Positions 1 to 11,218 of a stretch of 64,000 nucleotides of DNA are shown piece by piece (the first letter of the stretch is position 1; each line of letters starts with the position of its first letter). Source of the stretch: Candidatus Poriferihabitaceae bacterium (lineage in GTDB: Bacteria; Pseudomonadota; Gammaproteobacteria; Arenicellales; Poriferihabitantaceae). Location: positions 303,180 through 367,179 of the forward strand of contig OZ244914.1 in NCBI GenBank assembly GCA_965221795.1. The letters run 5' to 3'. The notes beneath the pieces were generated by a model, which was not told the DNA's origin, made no database searches, and worked only from the letters and a program-made list of their open reading frames with translations. A program made the translations under genes and the position numbers.

Positions 1-662
1 GGAAACGGGTCAATGCTGCCATACTGGCAGGGGCCCTGTTCAATCGCGCCACGGATATCTTTAACACCATTGTCGACCTGGAACAGAAAGGCATCACTAT
101 CACCCGAGACAATGCCCTGATGGCGCAATGCTCCGAGTGCTTCATGGAGGCACTCGACCTATCCAAGAATGTCCGGCATCATAGCGGGGAGGAAGGGGTG
201 GATGAACTCTGGGGAGAGCCGGTCAAAGTCTTTACGATGTCCATTGGAGATTACTACACCAGCCGTTATCGCAAAATTGCCCAAGCCATGCGCGAAATCG
301 ACCTGATTGGAAAAACCTTGAGTTGCACCTTACGCATTCACGACAGCTTTACCGACAGCCACTGCCTGATTGACGACTTTGTTGCAATCGCGAAAAAGGA
401 ATGCGAAATCCTGCGCAGCGACAAGGATTACTATCAGGTCTGGCCGGAATTTGTCGCCGATGGCGAAAAACTGACCTCGTTCCTGGCCCCCATTCCCCGG
501 GGAGCCAGCAGTGAACTGGAACGACATATCAAACGTGGAACCCAATTGCTGCGCAAAGGGAAAAACCTTATCACCTGGATTGCCAATGTGCGGGTTCCCA
601 TGCCCGTGAGCACCCGTTCCTTCCTGGAAACCTGTGAACGCTACCGCGACAGCGCAGCCTGA
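1..662 (+). CDS. hypothetical protein, C-terminal part (gene starts upstream of the window)
   Basis: The frame of the 120..662 ORF stays open back to nt 3 with no stop, so the M at 120 is probably internal. No family recognised. Confidence 0.4.
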   Translation, partial: KRVNAAILAGALFNRATDIFNTIVDLEQKGITITRDNALMAQCSECFMEALDLSKNVRHHSGEEGVDELWGEPVKVFTMSIGDYYTSRYRKIAQAMREIDLIGKTLSCTLRIHDSFTDSHCLIDDFVAIAKKECEILRSDKDYYQVWPEFVADGEKLTSFLAPIPRGASSELERHIKRGTQLLRKGKNLITWIANVRVPMPVSTRSFLETCERYRDSAA

Positions 663-717
663 GACTGGCCCTGGAGCCTCTGTATCCCCAAGCGGGGGTG
701 GTCCTGAATCACTTAAT

Positions 718-1839
718 ATGAATCCGCCTCTTCGTCAAACCGCCCTCTACTCATGGCACTTGGCACGGCAAGCGAAAATGACCGCCTTTGCCGGTTATGC
801 AATGCCGACCCACTACCCGGCCGGCATTCTGACGGAGCATCGGCACACTCGTGGAAGTGCCGGCCTGTTTGATGTCTCCCATATGGGACAGATTGAAGTG
901 CATGGAAAGGAGATTGCCGCCCGACTGGAAACCGAACTGCCGGTGGATCTGGCCCAACTGATGCCAGGCCAGCAAAAATATGCTCTCCTGCTGAATGAAA
1001 ACGGCGGCATTCGGGATGACCTGATGGTCATGCATCTAGGCGAGTTTTTCCTGCTGGTAGTCAATGCCGCCGGCAAACAGTCTGACTTTGCTTACCTACA
1101 GGATCGTCTTGGCCGGTTCCTGGATTTTTCCTTACGCGATGATCGGGCATTACTGGCCTTACAGGGTCCAGCCGCTGCTGAGGTATTGGTCTTTGTCGGG
1201 GCTTCAGCGAAGAAACTCGACAGCATGAAATTCATGCATGTCCATGCTCTGTCTCTGGCCGGCATCGATTGCATCGTCTCACGGTCCGGCTATACCGGGG
1301 AAGACGGCTTCGAAATCTCAGTACCCGGAGACCAAGTCCACTCCCTGGCTGACGCCTTTCAGGCTCACCGCGCAGTTTTACCAGTGGGGCTGGGTGCCCG
1401 GGACACGCTGCGTCTGGAAGCCGGCCTTTGTCTACATGGCCAAGATATCACTCCCGACACTTCGCCGCCCGAGGCTGGCCTGCAATGGGCCATTTCCCCG
1501 GCCCGGCGAGTGGCTGGCATCCGTCCTGGAGGTTTTCCGGGAGCCGACCGGATCCTGATGGAATTGCAGCAGGGCACCGATCGCAAGCGGGTGGGGCTGT
1601 TGCCTGTAGGGCGAACTCCCATCCGGGCGGGTGCCCGGCTGTACGGAGAAACGGAGGAACCCTTGGGGGAGGTGACCAGTGGTGGCTTTGGCCCTTCCTT
1701 GCAGCGGCCAGTCAGTATGGGCTATGTCCCGACCGAATACGCCCGAGCCGGAACCCGCCTGTTTGGCAAAGTACGGGGGAAGTTGCTGCCGCTCACGGTT
1801 GCCCCGCTGCCTTTCCGACCCCATCGATATTACCGATAG
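718..1839 (+). CDS. gcvT: glycine cleavage system aminomethyltransferase (T protein)
   Basis: ORF 634..1839. The translation (AGLFDVSHMGQIEV, SRSGYTGEDGFEIS, ARDTLRLEAGL) is typical GcvT. I chose the internal ATG at 718 (MNPPLRQTALY) because the upstream extension overlaps the preceding ORF. Confidence 0.9.
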   Translation: MNPPLRQTALYSWHLARQAKMTAFAGYAMPTHYPAGILTEHRHTRGSAGLFDVSHMGQIEVHGKEIAARLETELPVDLAQLMPGQQKYALLLNENGGIRDDLMVMHLGEFFLLVVNAAGKQSDFAYLQDRLGRFLDFSLRDDRALLALQGPAAAEVLVFVGASAKKLDSMKFMHVHALSLAGIDCIVSRSGYTGEDGFEISVPGDQVHSLADAFQAHRAVLPVGLGARDTLRLEAGLCLHGQDITPDTSPPEAGLQWAISPARRVAGIRPGGFPGADRILMELQQGTDRKRVGLLPVGRTPIRAGARLYGETEEPLGEVTSGGFGPSLQRPVSMGYVPTEYARAGTRLFGKVRGKLLPLTVAPLPFRPHRYYR

Positions 1840-1881
1840 ACCATCTGCATTCCTCTCACCGACCTGTAAACGGAGCAAGTT

Positions 1882-2256
1882 ATGAGCATCAAATATACCC
1901 CTGATCACGAATGGGTCCTTCTGAACGGAAACCTGTTGACCGTTGGCATTACCAACTATGCCCAGGAGCAGCTGGGAGAGGTGGTCTATGTCGAACTCCC
2001 GGAAACCGGCCAAGACCTGACGTTGGGAGAAGAGGCGGCTGTTGTCGAATCGGTCAAGGCAGCCGGGGAAATCAAAACTCCTGCTTCCGGTGCAGTGGTG
2101 GAAACCAACTCGACACTGGCCGACGCCCCGGAAACAGTCAACGACGACCCGATGGGAGAGGGTTGGTTCTACCGGATCCAAATATCGAACCCGGCGGAAT
2201 TGGAAGATCTCATGGACGAGAATGCCTATCTGGAATTCCTGTCCACCTTGGAATAA
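1882..2256 (+). CDS. gcvH: glycine cleavage system H protein (lipoyl carrier)
   Basis: 124 aa with the lipoyl-lysine motif ESVKAAGEI. It lies between gcvT and gcvP. Confidence 0.95.
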   Translation: MSIKYTPDHEWVLLNGNLLTVGITNYAQEQLGEVVYVELPETGQDLTLGEEAAVVESVKAAGEIKTPASGAVVETNSTLADAPETVNDDPMGEGWFYRIQISNPAELEDLMDENAYLEFLSTLE

Positions 2257-2296
2257 GATCGGTTCTGTCGCCCATCCCTGTCCGGAACGGAGTTAA

Positions 2297-5152
2297 ATGC
2301 CCAGCGCCGACGATTTCACCCGACGTCATATCGGACCGAACCCAGAAGACATTGCGACCATGTTGGACGCACTGGGAGTGGAATCCATGGACCAACTGGT
2401 TGAGCAGACCATCCCGGCATCCATCCGGAGCCAAGACCCCTTTCAACTCCCCGAGCCGTTGGACGAAAACCGTCTCCATAAGCTGTCCCGGCAAATCTCT
2501 TCTGAAAACCGTCTGCAGATATCGATGATCGGCATGGGGTATTACGGTACGGTCACGCCGCCGGTGATTCGACGCAATGTGATGGAAAATCCCGACTGGT
2601 ATACGGCCTATACCCCATACCAGCCTGAAGTGAGCCAGGCACGACTGGAAGTCCTGGTCTCCTTTCAGCAGATGGTCATGGATCTGACCGGCTTCAGCCT
2701 GGCGAATGCGTCCTTGCTGGACGAAGCGACCGCAGCAGCAGAAGCCATGATGATGGCGCAACGGGTCGGAAAAAATCAAAGTCGGCGATTTTTTGTCGAT
2801 CAGGACTGCTTACCCCAGACCATTGCCGTAGTCCAAACCCGGGCAGAACCCATGGGAATGGAAGTCGTAGTAGGCGGGTCCGACGCCTTGGTGGATGGCG
2901 ATTATTTCGCCGGGTTGCTGCAATATCCGGGCTGTTCCGGCCAAATCCGTGACTTCCATGAGGAAATTCAACATCTCAAGGCCTCCCAAAGTCTGGTGAT
3001 CATGGCAGCTGATCCGCTCGCCCTGACCCAACTCAGGCCGCCAGCGGAGATGGGGGCCGACATCGCCATAGGCAATACACAACGGTTTGGGGTTCCGATG
3101 GGTTTTGGGGGTCCCCATGCGGCATATTTCGCCACCCATGAACGATACAAGCGATCCATTCCGGGGCGCTTGATCGGAGTCAGCGTGGATCACACTGGCC
3201 GGCCGGCCTACCGTATGGCTTTACAGACCCGGGAGCAACACATTCGACGGGAGCGGGCCAACAGCAACATCTGCACTTCCCAGGTTCTGCTTGCCATCAT
3301 GGCTGCTCTGTATGCACAGTATCATGGACCGGAGGGGCTTGACCGCATTGCCAAATCAGTCAATCGTCTGACCCGTGCCCTGGCAACGGGGTTGAAAGAG
3401 CTGGGTTTTCAGATAGCGCATGAGCACTACTTTGACACCATTGTCGTGCAGACGGAGGGCCGCGCCGACTATTTGATCGACAAGGCGGAGCAAGCCCGTT
3501 ACAACCTTCGACGGGTGGATGAAAACCGGATTGCCATCAGCCTGGATGAAACCCTGAATCGGGAAAAGGTCGAAGGGTTGATTCATGTCTTTGCCGGCAG
3601 CACCTCGCAACAGGTCAGCGGAATCCTTTTCGACCGTGACTTGGCGAGTTCAATTCCTGAACCTCTCTGTCGCACCCACGATTACCTGACCCACCCGGTC
3701 TTTCACCAGTATCGCTCTGAAACCGAGTTCATGCGATATCTTCGCAAGACAGCAGCAAAAGATATCACGCTCACCCGCTCCATGATTCCCTTGGGTTCCT
3801 GCACCATGAAACTCAACGCGGCCAGCGAGATGGAGTCCATTTCCAACCCCCGCTATGCCCATATCCATCCCTTTGCGCCGAGTCCACAGACCCGGGGCTA
3901 TCAGCGCATTCTCCGGGAATTGGACAAGATGCTGTGTGAACTGACAGGGTTCGCCGCGTTTTCCTTTCAGCCCAATGCGGGATCGCAAGGGGAGTATGCC
4001 GGACTGCTCTGCATCCGCGCACTGCATCATGCCCATGGGGAGGCACATCGCAACGTCTGCCTGATCCCCGCTTCCGCTCATGGAACCAACCCTGCGAGTG
4101 CAGTCATGGCGGGCATGCAAGTGGTGGTGGTCCAATGCGACTCCGATGGCAATATCGACCTGGAGGATTTTCGCAACCGCGCCACGGAACATGCCGACCA
4201 TCTAGCGGCGACAATGGTCACATACCCTTCTACCCACGGAGTATTCGAGGAATCCATCCGGGAAATCTGCGATATGGTGCATCATCATGGCGGGCAAGTA
4301 TACATGGACGGGGCCAATATGAATGCCATGGTGGGGGTCTGCCGACCTGCAGAGATTGGGGCTGATGTGATGCATTTGAACCTGCACAAGACCTTTGCAA
4401 TTCCCCATGGCGGAGGCGGGCCCGGCATGGGGCCAATCGGTGTCCGAGAACACCTGATACCGTTCCTGCCCGATCACCCGGTAGTGCGGTGCAATCCTCA
4501 TGGCTCTTCGCCCTTGGGCACCGTGTCGGCGGCTCCGTGGGGATCGCCCTTGGTCCTGATCATTTCCTGGTCCTACCTCAAATTGTTGGGTACCTATGGC
4601 CTCACGCGCTCCACCCGGGTGGCGATTCTCAACGCCAACTACATCGCCCATCGGCTTGACCCTCACTATCCGGTCGTCTACCGGGGCCACCACGGACGGG
4701 TGGCGCACGAGTGTGTGGTGAACCTGGCACCGCTCAAGGCAACGAGTGGCGTGACTGTCGAGGATGTGGCCAAACGGCTCGTGGATTATGGCTTCCATGC
4801 TCCGACCATGTCGTGGCCAGTGCCCGATTCCCTCATGATCGAACCCACAGAAAGTGAGTCCCTGAGAGAAATCGATCACTTTTGTGAAGCCCTGATTCAT
4901 ATCCGCGAAGAAATCCGGGCAATCGAAACGGGTCAGGCAGATCGGGAAAACAATCTGCTCAAAAACGCCCCCCACAGTTATCATCTGCTGACGAAGGACG
5001 AATGGAATCTCCCATACACTCGCCAACAGGCATTCTTTCCGACCCGAGAGACTCAGGAAAACAAGTATTGGCCACCGATCGGCCGGGTCAACAACGCCCA
5101 GGGAGACCGCCATCTGGTGTGTACCTGCCCGCCACTCTCCGATTATGGGTGA
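2297..5152 (+). CDS. gcvP: glycine dehydrogenase (decarboxylating), single-chain P protein
   Basis: 951 aa. Full-length GcvP-type translation including the PLP region HLNLHKTFAIPHGGGGPG. Confidence 0.95.
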   Translation: MPSADDFTRRHIGPNPEDIATMLDALGVESMDQLVEQTIPASIRSQDPFQLPEPLDENRLHKLSRQISSENRLQISMIGMGYYGTVTPPVIRRNVMENPDWYTAYTPYQPEVSQARLEVLVSFQQMVMDLTGFSLANASLLDEATAAAEAMMMAQRVGKNQSRRFFVDQDCLPQTIAVVQTRAEPMGMEVVVGGSDALVDGDYFAGLLQYPGCSGQIRDFHEEIQHLKASQSLVIMAADPLALTQLRPPAEMGADIAIGNTQRFGVPMGFGGPHAAYFATHERYKRSIPGRLIGVSVDHTGRPAYRMALQTREQHIRRERANSNICTSQVLLAIMAALYAQYHGPEGLDRIAKSVNRLTRALATGLKELGFQIAHEHYFDTIVVQTEGRADYLIDKAEQARYNLRRVDENRIAISLDETLNREKVEGLIHVFAGSTSQQVSGILFDRDLASSIPEPLCRTHDYLTHPVFHQYRSETEFMRYLRKTAAKDITLTRSMIPLGSCTMKLNAASEMESISNPRYAHIHPFAPSPQTRGYQRILRELDKMLCELTGFAAFSFQPNAGSQGEYAGLLCIRALHHAHGEAHRNVCLIPASAHGTNPASAVMAGMQVVVVQCDSDGNIDLEDFRNRATEHADHLAATMVTYPSTHGVFEESIREICDMVHHHGGQVYMDGANMNAMVGVCRPAEIGADVMHLNLHKTFAIPHGGGGPGMGPIGVREHLIPFLPDHPVVRCNPHGSSPLGTVSAAPWGSPLVLIISWSYLKLLGTYGLTRSTRVAILNANYIAHRLDPHYPVVYRGHHGRVAHECVVNLAPLKATSGVTVEDVAKRLVDYGFHAPTMSWPVPDSLMIEPTESESLREIDHFCEALIHIREEIRAIETGQADRENNLLKNAPHSYHLLTKDEWNLPYTRQQAFFPTRETQENKYWPPIGRVNNAQGDRHLVCTCPPLSDYG

Positions 5153-5158
5153 TTGGAT

Positions 5159-6217
5159 ATGAATAACCATCCGGACCGTTCCATGCCCGTCGACATCACT
5201 CCTTCGGACGATCTGCCACAGGCCACGAAAGCCAGTACTCTGACCCGTCGGCAGACCGTCATACAGGGAGAAAAGCTGCGCGGGGCCGACAAGACTGCCC
5301 GTATCCCGGTCAAGGTGGAAGTCAAACCCCGTTCGGAACGACTGCGGAAACCGCACTGGATCCGGGCCAGTTTCCCCGGGACTCCGGCGGTGGCAGATCT
5401 CAAGAAAATTCTCCGTACTCAAGGGCTGCATACGGTTTGTGAAGAAGCCGCCTGCCCCAATCTCGGGGAATGCTTTGGGCGGGGAACTGCAACCTTCCTG
5501 ATTATGGGAGACATCTGTACCCGGCGCTGTCCCTTCTGTGACGTAGGCCACGGCCGGCCCAACCCCCTGAATCCGGATGAACCGGAAAAGCTGGCCGAAA
5601 CTATTGCCCGGATGCAACTGAACTATGTCGTCCTCACGTCCGTAGACCGCGATGACCTGCGAGATGGCGGTGCTGCCCATTTCCGTGCCTGTATCGCCTC
5701 CGTTCGCCGACACTGCCCCACTACCCGCATCGAAATCCTGACCCCAGACTTCCGGGGTCGCATGGAGGTGGCACTGGACATCCTGACTCAGGAACCCCCG
5801 GATGTCTTCAACCACAACCTGGAAACGGTCCCTCGCCTGTATCGCAAGGTCCGTCCTGGTTCGGATTACCAATTCTCCCTGGATTTGCTACAACAGGCCG
5901 GTCGTCTGATGCCAGGGATGCCCACCAAGTCCGGCCTGATGCTGGGGTTGGGCGAATCCCGGGAGGAAGTCGTGGCCGTCCTGCAGGACCTGAAAGCCCA
6001 TGGTGTCCGCATGCTGACCCTGGGCCAGTACCTGCAACCCAGCCCCCACCATCTGAACGTCGAGCGGTATTGGACGCCTGCCGAGTTTGACGCGCTGCGG
6101 GCGCACGGCGAGGACATGGGATTTGACCATGTGGCCTCCGCCCCCATGGTCCGTTCTTCCTATCATGCCGATCGGCAGGCCGAAGGGAGTGAACCAGGGC
6201 GGGTTGCGAACCCCTGA
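5159..6217 (+). CDS. lipA: lipoyl synthase
   Basis: Radical-SAM and auxiliary cluster motifs are present ([22 protein letters not shown]). The ORF-track start at 5153 is TTG; the ATG at 5159 is taken as the start. It begins 7 nt after the gcvP stop. Confidence 0.9.
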   Translation: MNNHPDRSMPVDITPSDDLPQATKASTLTRRQTVIQGEKLRGADKTARIPVKVEVKPRSERLRKPHWIRASFPGTPAVADLKKILRTQGLHTVCEEAACPNLGECFGRGTATFLIMGDICTRRCPFCDVGHGRPNPLNPDEPEKLAETIARMQLNYVVLTSVDRDDLRDGGAAHFRACIASVRRHCPTTRIEILTPDFRGRMEVALDILTQEPPDVFNHNLETVPRLYRKVRPGSDYQFSLDLLQQAGRLMPGMPTKSGLMLGLGESREEVVAVLQDLKAHGVRMLTLGQYLQPSPHHLNVERYWTPAEFDALRAHGEDMGFDHVASAPMVRSSYHADRQAEGSEPGRVANP

Positions 6218-6230
6218 CCCCCCCCCCCCC
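6218..6230. repeat. homopolymeric C13 tract immediately after the lipA stop codon
   Basis: Counted directly: TGA at 6215-6217, followed by 13 consecutive C. Confidence 0.95.
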
Positions 6231-6528
6231 ACCCGCAGAGGGCGGTGGCGAATCAAGCAGAAACCCGGATCCCTTGTACCATCGGGTCGAATCAATCGGT
6301 ATCCATACGCAATCGCCAAGTTGGGGATGGAGCATGCCCCTCACCTTTCTATCGTCTCAGCGGAAGGCCGCCTTGACAGAATATGGTATTTGCGCCCGGG
6401 CAAAAATCGGATTATCATAGTGCAACATTATTGTGGGTAGGCTATATGTCTGCACTGGGCGGTTTTGGACTCGGTCCGGCCCGTCATTTCATTCATAACG
6501 ATTATTTCTTAATTCTTGAGGATACCCC

Positions 6529-7548
6529 ATGAATATGACGAAAGCTGCAGCGATTGCTGCAACTCTCTCCCTTGCGGCCACGACCGCGCAGGCCGGAACA
6601 TTGGAAGATGTACAGGCCAGAGGCACCCTGAATTGTGTGGTGACCACTGGTGTGGCGGGTTTCGCGGCCCCGGACGAAAACGGTCGTTGGGAAGGCTTTG
6701 ATGTCGATTTTTGTCGTGCCGTCGCGGCAGCCGTACTGGGAGATGGCGACAAAGTCAAATTCATCCCCACCACCGGCAAGACCCGTTTTACGGTGTTGAA
6801 TTCGGGTGAGGGAGACATCCTGTTCCGGAATACCACGGAAACCATGAGCCGGGATGCGGACCTGAAACTGACTTTCCTCCCGGTCAACTATTATGACGGA
6901 CAGGGCTTTATGATTCGAAAGGGCATGGGCATCACCTCGGCCAAGGAATTGGATGGGGCCTCAGTGTGCATCCAGACCGGCACCACCACCGAACTGAACC
7001 TGGCAGACTTCTTCCGCATCAACAACATTTCCTACGAACCGGTCGCCCTGGAAACCAACGAGGAAAGTATTGCCAACTACGAAGCCAATCGTTGTGACGT
7101 CTACACCACAGATGCCTCCGGGCTGGCTTCTACTCGCGCCGCGCTACAAGACCCGTCTGCGCACATCATTCTGCCGGAAATCATCTCCAAAGAGCCTCTG
7201 GCCGGTGCTGTCCGCCATGGAGACGACGAGTGGGCCGATGTTGGCAAGTGGGTGGTCAATGCCATTATCTCTGCCGAGGAACTGGGCATCACCCAAGCCA
7301 ATGTGTCCCAAATGGCGTCTGCGGCCGGTGACAACCCGAGTGTCAACCGCCTGTTGGGAACCGAAGGCAATATGGGCGAAATGATTGGCCTCGACGGCCA
7401 ATGGGCCGTTCGTGCGATTTCCGCAATTGGGAACTATGGGGAGAGCTTCGAACGCCACATCGGTCCCAATACCCCTATCGGATTGGAACGTGGCCTGAAC
7501 GCTCAATGGTACAATGGCGGTATCCTGTATGCCGCGCCGATTCGCTGA
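6529..7548 (+). CDS. aapJ: general L-amino-acid ABC transporter, periplasmic substrate-binding protein
   Basis: 339 aa with a signal peptide (AATLSLAATTAQA). AapJ/BztA-like translation. First gene of a four-gene ABC cluster. Confidence 0.8.
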   Translation: MNMTKAAAIAATLSLAATTAQAGTLEDVQARGTLNCVVTTGVAGFAAPDENGRWEGFDVDFCRAVAAAVLGDGDKVKFIPTTGKTRFTVLNSGEGDILFRNTTETMSRDADLKLTFLPVNYYDGQGFMIRKGMGITSAKELDGASVCIQTGTTTELNLADFFRINNISYEPVALETNEESIANYEANRCDVYTTDASGLASTRAALQDPSAHIILPEIISKEPLAGAVRHGDDEWADVGKWVVNAIISAEELGITQANVSQMASAAGDNPSVNRLLGTEGNMGEMIGLDGQWAVRAISAIGNYGESFERHIGPNTPIGLERGLNAQWYNGGILYAAPIR

Positions 7549-7872
7549 TCGGCTAGAGGGATGTTGGGGTGTTTCAGGCACCCCAATATCGCTTTTTGTA
7601 TCCCAAGCGGCCACCTCGCGGTTTGCTCGCATGCGTCACGCTAGTGGCGACTGCGCCATCTCTCTTCGTTGCACCCCCCTGTGGACCCGGTTGGCATCAA
7701 GCCAACATCTTTTTCAGAAAACCGGGCCTATGACTCCTGCTCAGGCCCATTCCAATGGCCTCCGTCCCCATGGCCTAGCCGGTATGGAACGGTCTCTCGG
7801 CAGGGGACCCAGCTGGGCCAGAAGCATCCGGCAGCACATCTCGACCCAAGATCGATCCGATGGAGGTTTTTC

Positions 7873-9078
7873 ATGAATGAAGCCTCCACTACCCAGCCGC
7901 CCGTACAGCCCCAGCGTCATGTACTATCCCGCTTGTGGAACGACAAGGAATTGCGGAGTGTCATCATCCAGATCATTACGTTCGCAGCCATTTTCGCATT
8001 CTTTTTCTTCATGGTCCGGAATGCGATCATCAATCTGGAAGCCATCGGTAAAGATCTCAGCCTCGACTTTTTGTGGCAACCCGCCAGTTACGATATCAGC
8101 CAGTCACTGATTGAATACAATTCCCGCAGCAGTCACTTCCGGGCCATGATAGTTGGCATCCTGAATACCTTGGTGGTGGCCATTTCCGGAATTATCCTGG
8201 CAACCGTCGTGGGATTCCTTTTGGGCGTATTCCGGCTTTCGAAAAATATCATCGTCAACCGGTTGGCCTATGTCTACATCGAATATGTACGGAATGTGCC
8301 GGTATTGTTACATATTCTGCTGGTGCATGGACTGATCGTGCATACCCTGCCATTACCGAAAAATGCGGTGAGTGTGGGGGATACTGCGTTTCTTACCAAC
8401 CGCGGCTTTTTTATGCCTGCACCCTCAATGGAGCCGATATTCTGGCTGGTGATCGGTCTGTTCCTGCTGGGCATCGGCTTTGCCGTCTGGTTTCGCCGAT
8501 TTGCCAAGCGAGTCCAGGATGCAACTGGACAACAATATCCAGTTTTCTGGATCTGTACCGGAGCGGTTGTGGGCTTACCGCTGGCCGCCTTTCTGCTTAC
8601 TGGCATGCCACTGACTTGGGAAATCCCCGAACTTCAGGGGTTCAACTTCCGCGGTGGCATGGTCATCCGGCCTGAATTCATTGCCCTTTGGCTCGCATTG
8701 TCCCTCTATACCGCCGCATTTATTGGTGAAAATGTCCGTTCCGGCATTATCGCGGTGAACTGGGGACAGTCCGAAGCGGCCTATGCCCTCGGCATCAATC
8801 GCGGAAAGACCCTGAGCCTGGTAGTGATTCCGCAAGCACTGCGGGTCATCATCCCGCCGCTGACCAGCCAATATCTCAATCTCACCAAGAATTCCTCGCT
8901 GGCCATTGCCATTGGCTATATGGATATCGTTGCCACCATCGGCGGAATCTCCCTGAACCAGACCGGACGGGAAATGGAATGCATGACCATTGTGCTCATG
9001 TTGTATCTGAGCTTCTCGCTGGTCATTTCAGCATTCATGAATTGGTATAACAAGCGTATCAAGCTGGTCGAGCGATAG
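7873..9078 (+). CDS. aapQ: amino-acid ABC transporter permease (AapQ/BztB type)
   Basis: ORF 7669..9078. The internal ATG at 7873 is preceded by GGAGG (7863-7867) and gives about 401 aa. Polytopic membrane protein with the EAA-loop region (GQSEAAYALGI). Confidence 0.8.
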   Translation: MNEASTTQPPVQPQRHVLSRLWNDKELRSVIIQIITFAAIFAFFFFMVRNAIINLEAIGKDLSLDFLWQPASYDISQSLIEYNSRSSHFRAMIVGILNTLVVAISGIILATVVGFLLGVFRLSKNIIVNRLAYVYIEYVRNVPVLLHILLVHGLIVHTLPLPKNAVSVGDTAFLTNRGFFMPAPSMEPIFWLVIGLFLLGIGFAVWFRRFAKRVQDATGQQYPVFWICTGAVVGLPLAAFLLTGMPLTWEIPELQGFNFRGGMVIRPEFIALWLALSLYTAAFIGENVRSGIIAVNWGQSEAAYALGINRGKTLSLVVIPQALRVIIPPLTSQYLNLTKNSSLAIAIGYMDIVATIGGISLNQTGREMECMTIVLMLYLSFSLVISAFMNWYNKRIKLVER

Positions 9079-9084
9079 AGGTCC

Positions 9085-10215
9085 ATGGTGAACGAAGCCC
9101 CGCAATCCTATAAGCCAGGCGAACATCCCGATTTGCCGCCACCGAAAAACCTGGTGGGGCCGGTCGCATGGATCCGTGAAAACCTGTTGTCATCGCCCGC
9201 CAATGTGGTGCTCACCATGCTTTCGGTCTGGCTTCTGATCGAAATCGTTCCACCGGCTCTGGACTGGATATTTTTCGATGCCGTCTTTATTGCCGAAGAC
9301 CGCAATGCCTGTCGCGCCATCAGCGACGGAGCCTGCTGGGCTTTCATCAACGAACGGTTCCTTCTGTTTACGTATGGCTGGTATCCGGAGCCAGAACGCT
9401 GGCGGGTGAACCTCTGCTTCGTACTGCTGCTGCTAGCCCTGATCCCGGTGCTGTTTGACAAGGTTCCACTGCGCAAGCCCGGTCTGTACTTTACGGCAGT
9501 ATTCCCCTTTCTGGCTGCGTATCTTCTCGTCGGCGGGGACTTTCTGTTCCTGAGCCTTCCGCCCGTCTCCACCGATCAGTTCGGCGGCTTCATGCTGACC
9601 ATGGTGGTAGGGGTCACCGGGATTGCGTTCTCCCTGCCACTGGGCATTCTGCTGGCGTTGGGTCGTCAATCCGAACTTCCGGTGGTCAGGGCATTCTGTG
9701 TCTCGTTTATCGAGTTTATTCGTGGAGTGCCGCTGATTACCCTGCTGTTCGTGGCCTCCACCATGCTAAGCTATTTTCTTCCTCCGGGTACGAACTTTGA
9801 CTTGCTGTTGCGGGTACTGATCATGGTCACCCTTTTTGCTTCCGGATATATGGCAGAGGTCATCCGGGGGGGGCTGCAAGCGATTCCCAAGGGACAAATT
9901 GAAGCCGCCGATTCCATGGGGCTCAAATACTGGCAGTCCATGCGACTCATTGTACTGCCGCAGGCACTCAAGATCTCCATCCCGGGCATCGTGAACACAT
10001 TCATTTCCCTGTACAAGGATACCACTCTGGTCATCATCATTGGCCTGTTCGACCCCTTGGGTATCGGCCGATCTTCCCTGTCGGACACCAAATGGACGGG
10101 GCTGTCCAACGAGGTGTACCTGTTTGTTGCCATCTTTTTCTTCATTTCCTGCTTTGCCATGTCCAAGTACTCGCTCTACCTGGAACGAAAACTGGAAACC
10201 GGGCACAAGCGATAA
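9085..10215 (+). CDS. aapM: amino-acid ABC transporter permease (AapM/BztC type)
   Basis: 376 aa membrane protein with the permease signature ([26 protein letters not shown]). Confidence 0.8.
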   Translation: MVNEAPQSYKPGEHPDLPPPKNLVGPVAWIRENLLSSPANVVLTMLSVWLLIEIVPPALDWIFFDAVFIAEDRNACRAISDGACWAFINERFLLFTYGWYPEPERWRVNLCFVLLLLALIPVLFDKVPLRKPGLYFTAVFPFLAAYLLVGGDFLFLSLPPVSTDQFGGFMLTMVVGVTGIAFSLPLGILLALGRQSELPVVRAFCVSFIEFIRGVPLITLLFVASTMLSYFLPPGTNFDLLLRVLIMVTLFASGYMAEVIRGGLQAIPKGQIEAADSMGLKYWQSMRLIVLPQALKISIPGIVNTFISLYKDTTLVIIIGLFDPLGIGRSSLSDTKWTGLSNEVYLFVAIFFFISCFAMSKYSLYLERKLETGHKR

Positions 10216-10229
10216 GTGAGAATGAGCAC

Positions 10230-11003
10230 ATGAATATCGAAACCCACCTCGACAGCCAAGCTTCCCAGGAGAAAGTCATTACCATTGCTCATATGAACAA
10301 GTGGTATGGACAGTTCCATGTGCTGAAGAATATCAACCTTGAAGTCTCACGGGGAGAGCGGATCGTGATCTGCGGCCCCTCTGGCTCCGGTAAATCCACC
10401 ATGATCCGATGCATCAATCGACTGGAGGAACATCAGGACGGCAGTATCATCGTTGATGGGGTGGAACTGACCAACGACCTCAAAAATATTGAAACCATTC
10501 GCCGGGAAGTGGGGATGGTGTTCCAGCACTTTAATCTGTTTCCTCACCTGACGGTACTCGAAAACTGTGTTCTTGCTCCGATCTGGGTACGAAAGACCCC
10601 TCGCAAAGAGGCCGAGGAAGCCGCCATGAAATACCTTGAACGGGTAAAAATCCCAGAACAGGCGAAGAAGTTTCCCGGCCAACTGTCCGGCGGGCAACAA
10701 CAACGCGTCGCTATCGCCCGCAGCTTATGCATGAACCCCAGGATCATGCTGTTTGACGAACCGACTTCGGCACTGGATCCCGAAATGATCAAGGAAGTTC
10801 TGGAAGTCATGATTGAACTGGCGCGGGAAGGCATGACCATGCTCTGCGTCACTCACGAAATGGGATTTGCCAAAACCGTTGCCGATCGGGTCATTTTCAT
10901 GGATGAGGGAGAGATTATCGAACAAAACAATCCTACGGATTTTTTCGCCAATCCGCAGCATGATCGTACCAAGCTGTTTCTCAGCCAGATACTGGGACAC
11001 TGA
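10230..11003 (+). CDS. aapP: amino-acid ABC transporter ATP-binding protein
   Basis: Walker [10 protein letters not shown], signature [13 protein letters not shown] and Walker [12 protein letters not shown] are present. The ATG at 10230 (MNIETH) avoids overlap with aapM. Confidence 0.9.
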   Translation: MNIETHLDSQASQEKVITIAHMNKWYGQFHVLKNINLEVSRGERIVICGPSGSGKSTMIRCINRLEEHQDGSIIVDGVELTNDLKNIETIRREVGMVFQHFNLFPHLTVLENCVLAPIWVRKTPRKEAEEAAMKYLERVKIPEQAKKFPGQLSGGQQQRVAIARSLCMNPRIMLFDEPTSALDPEMIKEVLEVMIELAREGMTMLCVTHEMGFAKTVADRVIFMDEGEIIEQNNPTDFFANPQHDRTKLFLSQILGH

Positions 11004-11218
11004 TGCGGTAAGCCGACGGATTTTCCCGCTTCTGCCGGCAGGTTCCTCGCCACCAGACTGCCCGTTCCTGTGGCAGCTTGCCCTCACCATCCGACCGACA
11101 AGGTATGCGATTCGATGAACGTTGCGAATCATACTGCAGATCACACCGTTCCGATGCAAACTGAACCCTTCTTTCTGAACGGGGGAAAGTCGGCAGTCTG
11201 GATTGGCAATTCGCTGCG

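Noticed and set aside
600-717. A possible glycine riboswitch upstream of gcvT
   Set aside because: Only about 55 nt separate the upstream ORF from gcvT. I could not find the conserved glycine-aptamer core elements by eye. A covariance-model scan would be needed to be certain.
4202-5872. A 556-aa minus-strand ORF spanning the gcvP/lipA junction. Similar long antisense ORFs are 19731..20714 (+), 44630..45349 (-), 47937..48869 (+), 49522..50460 (-), 54372..54986 (-), 55190..55834 (-) and 55711..56322 (-)
   Set aside because: Each lies antisense to a gene that is confidently identified on the opposite strand. Their translations are low-complexity with no family resemblance. Such shadow ORFs are typical of GC-biased codon usage.
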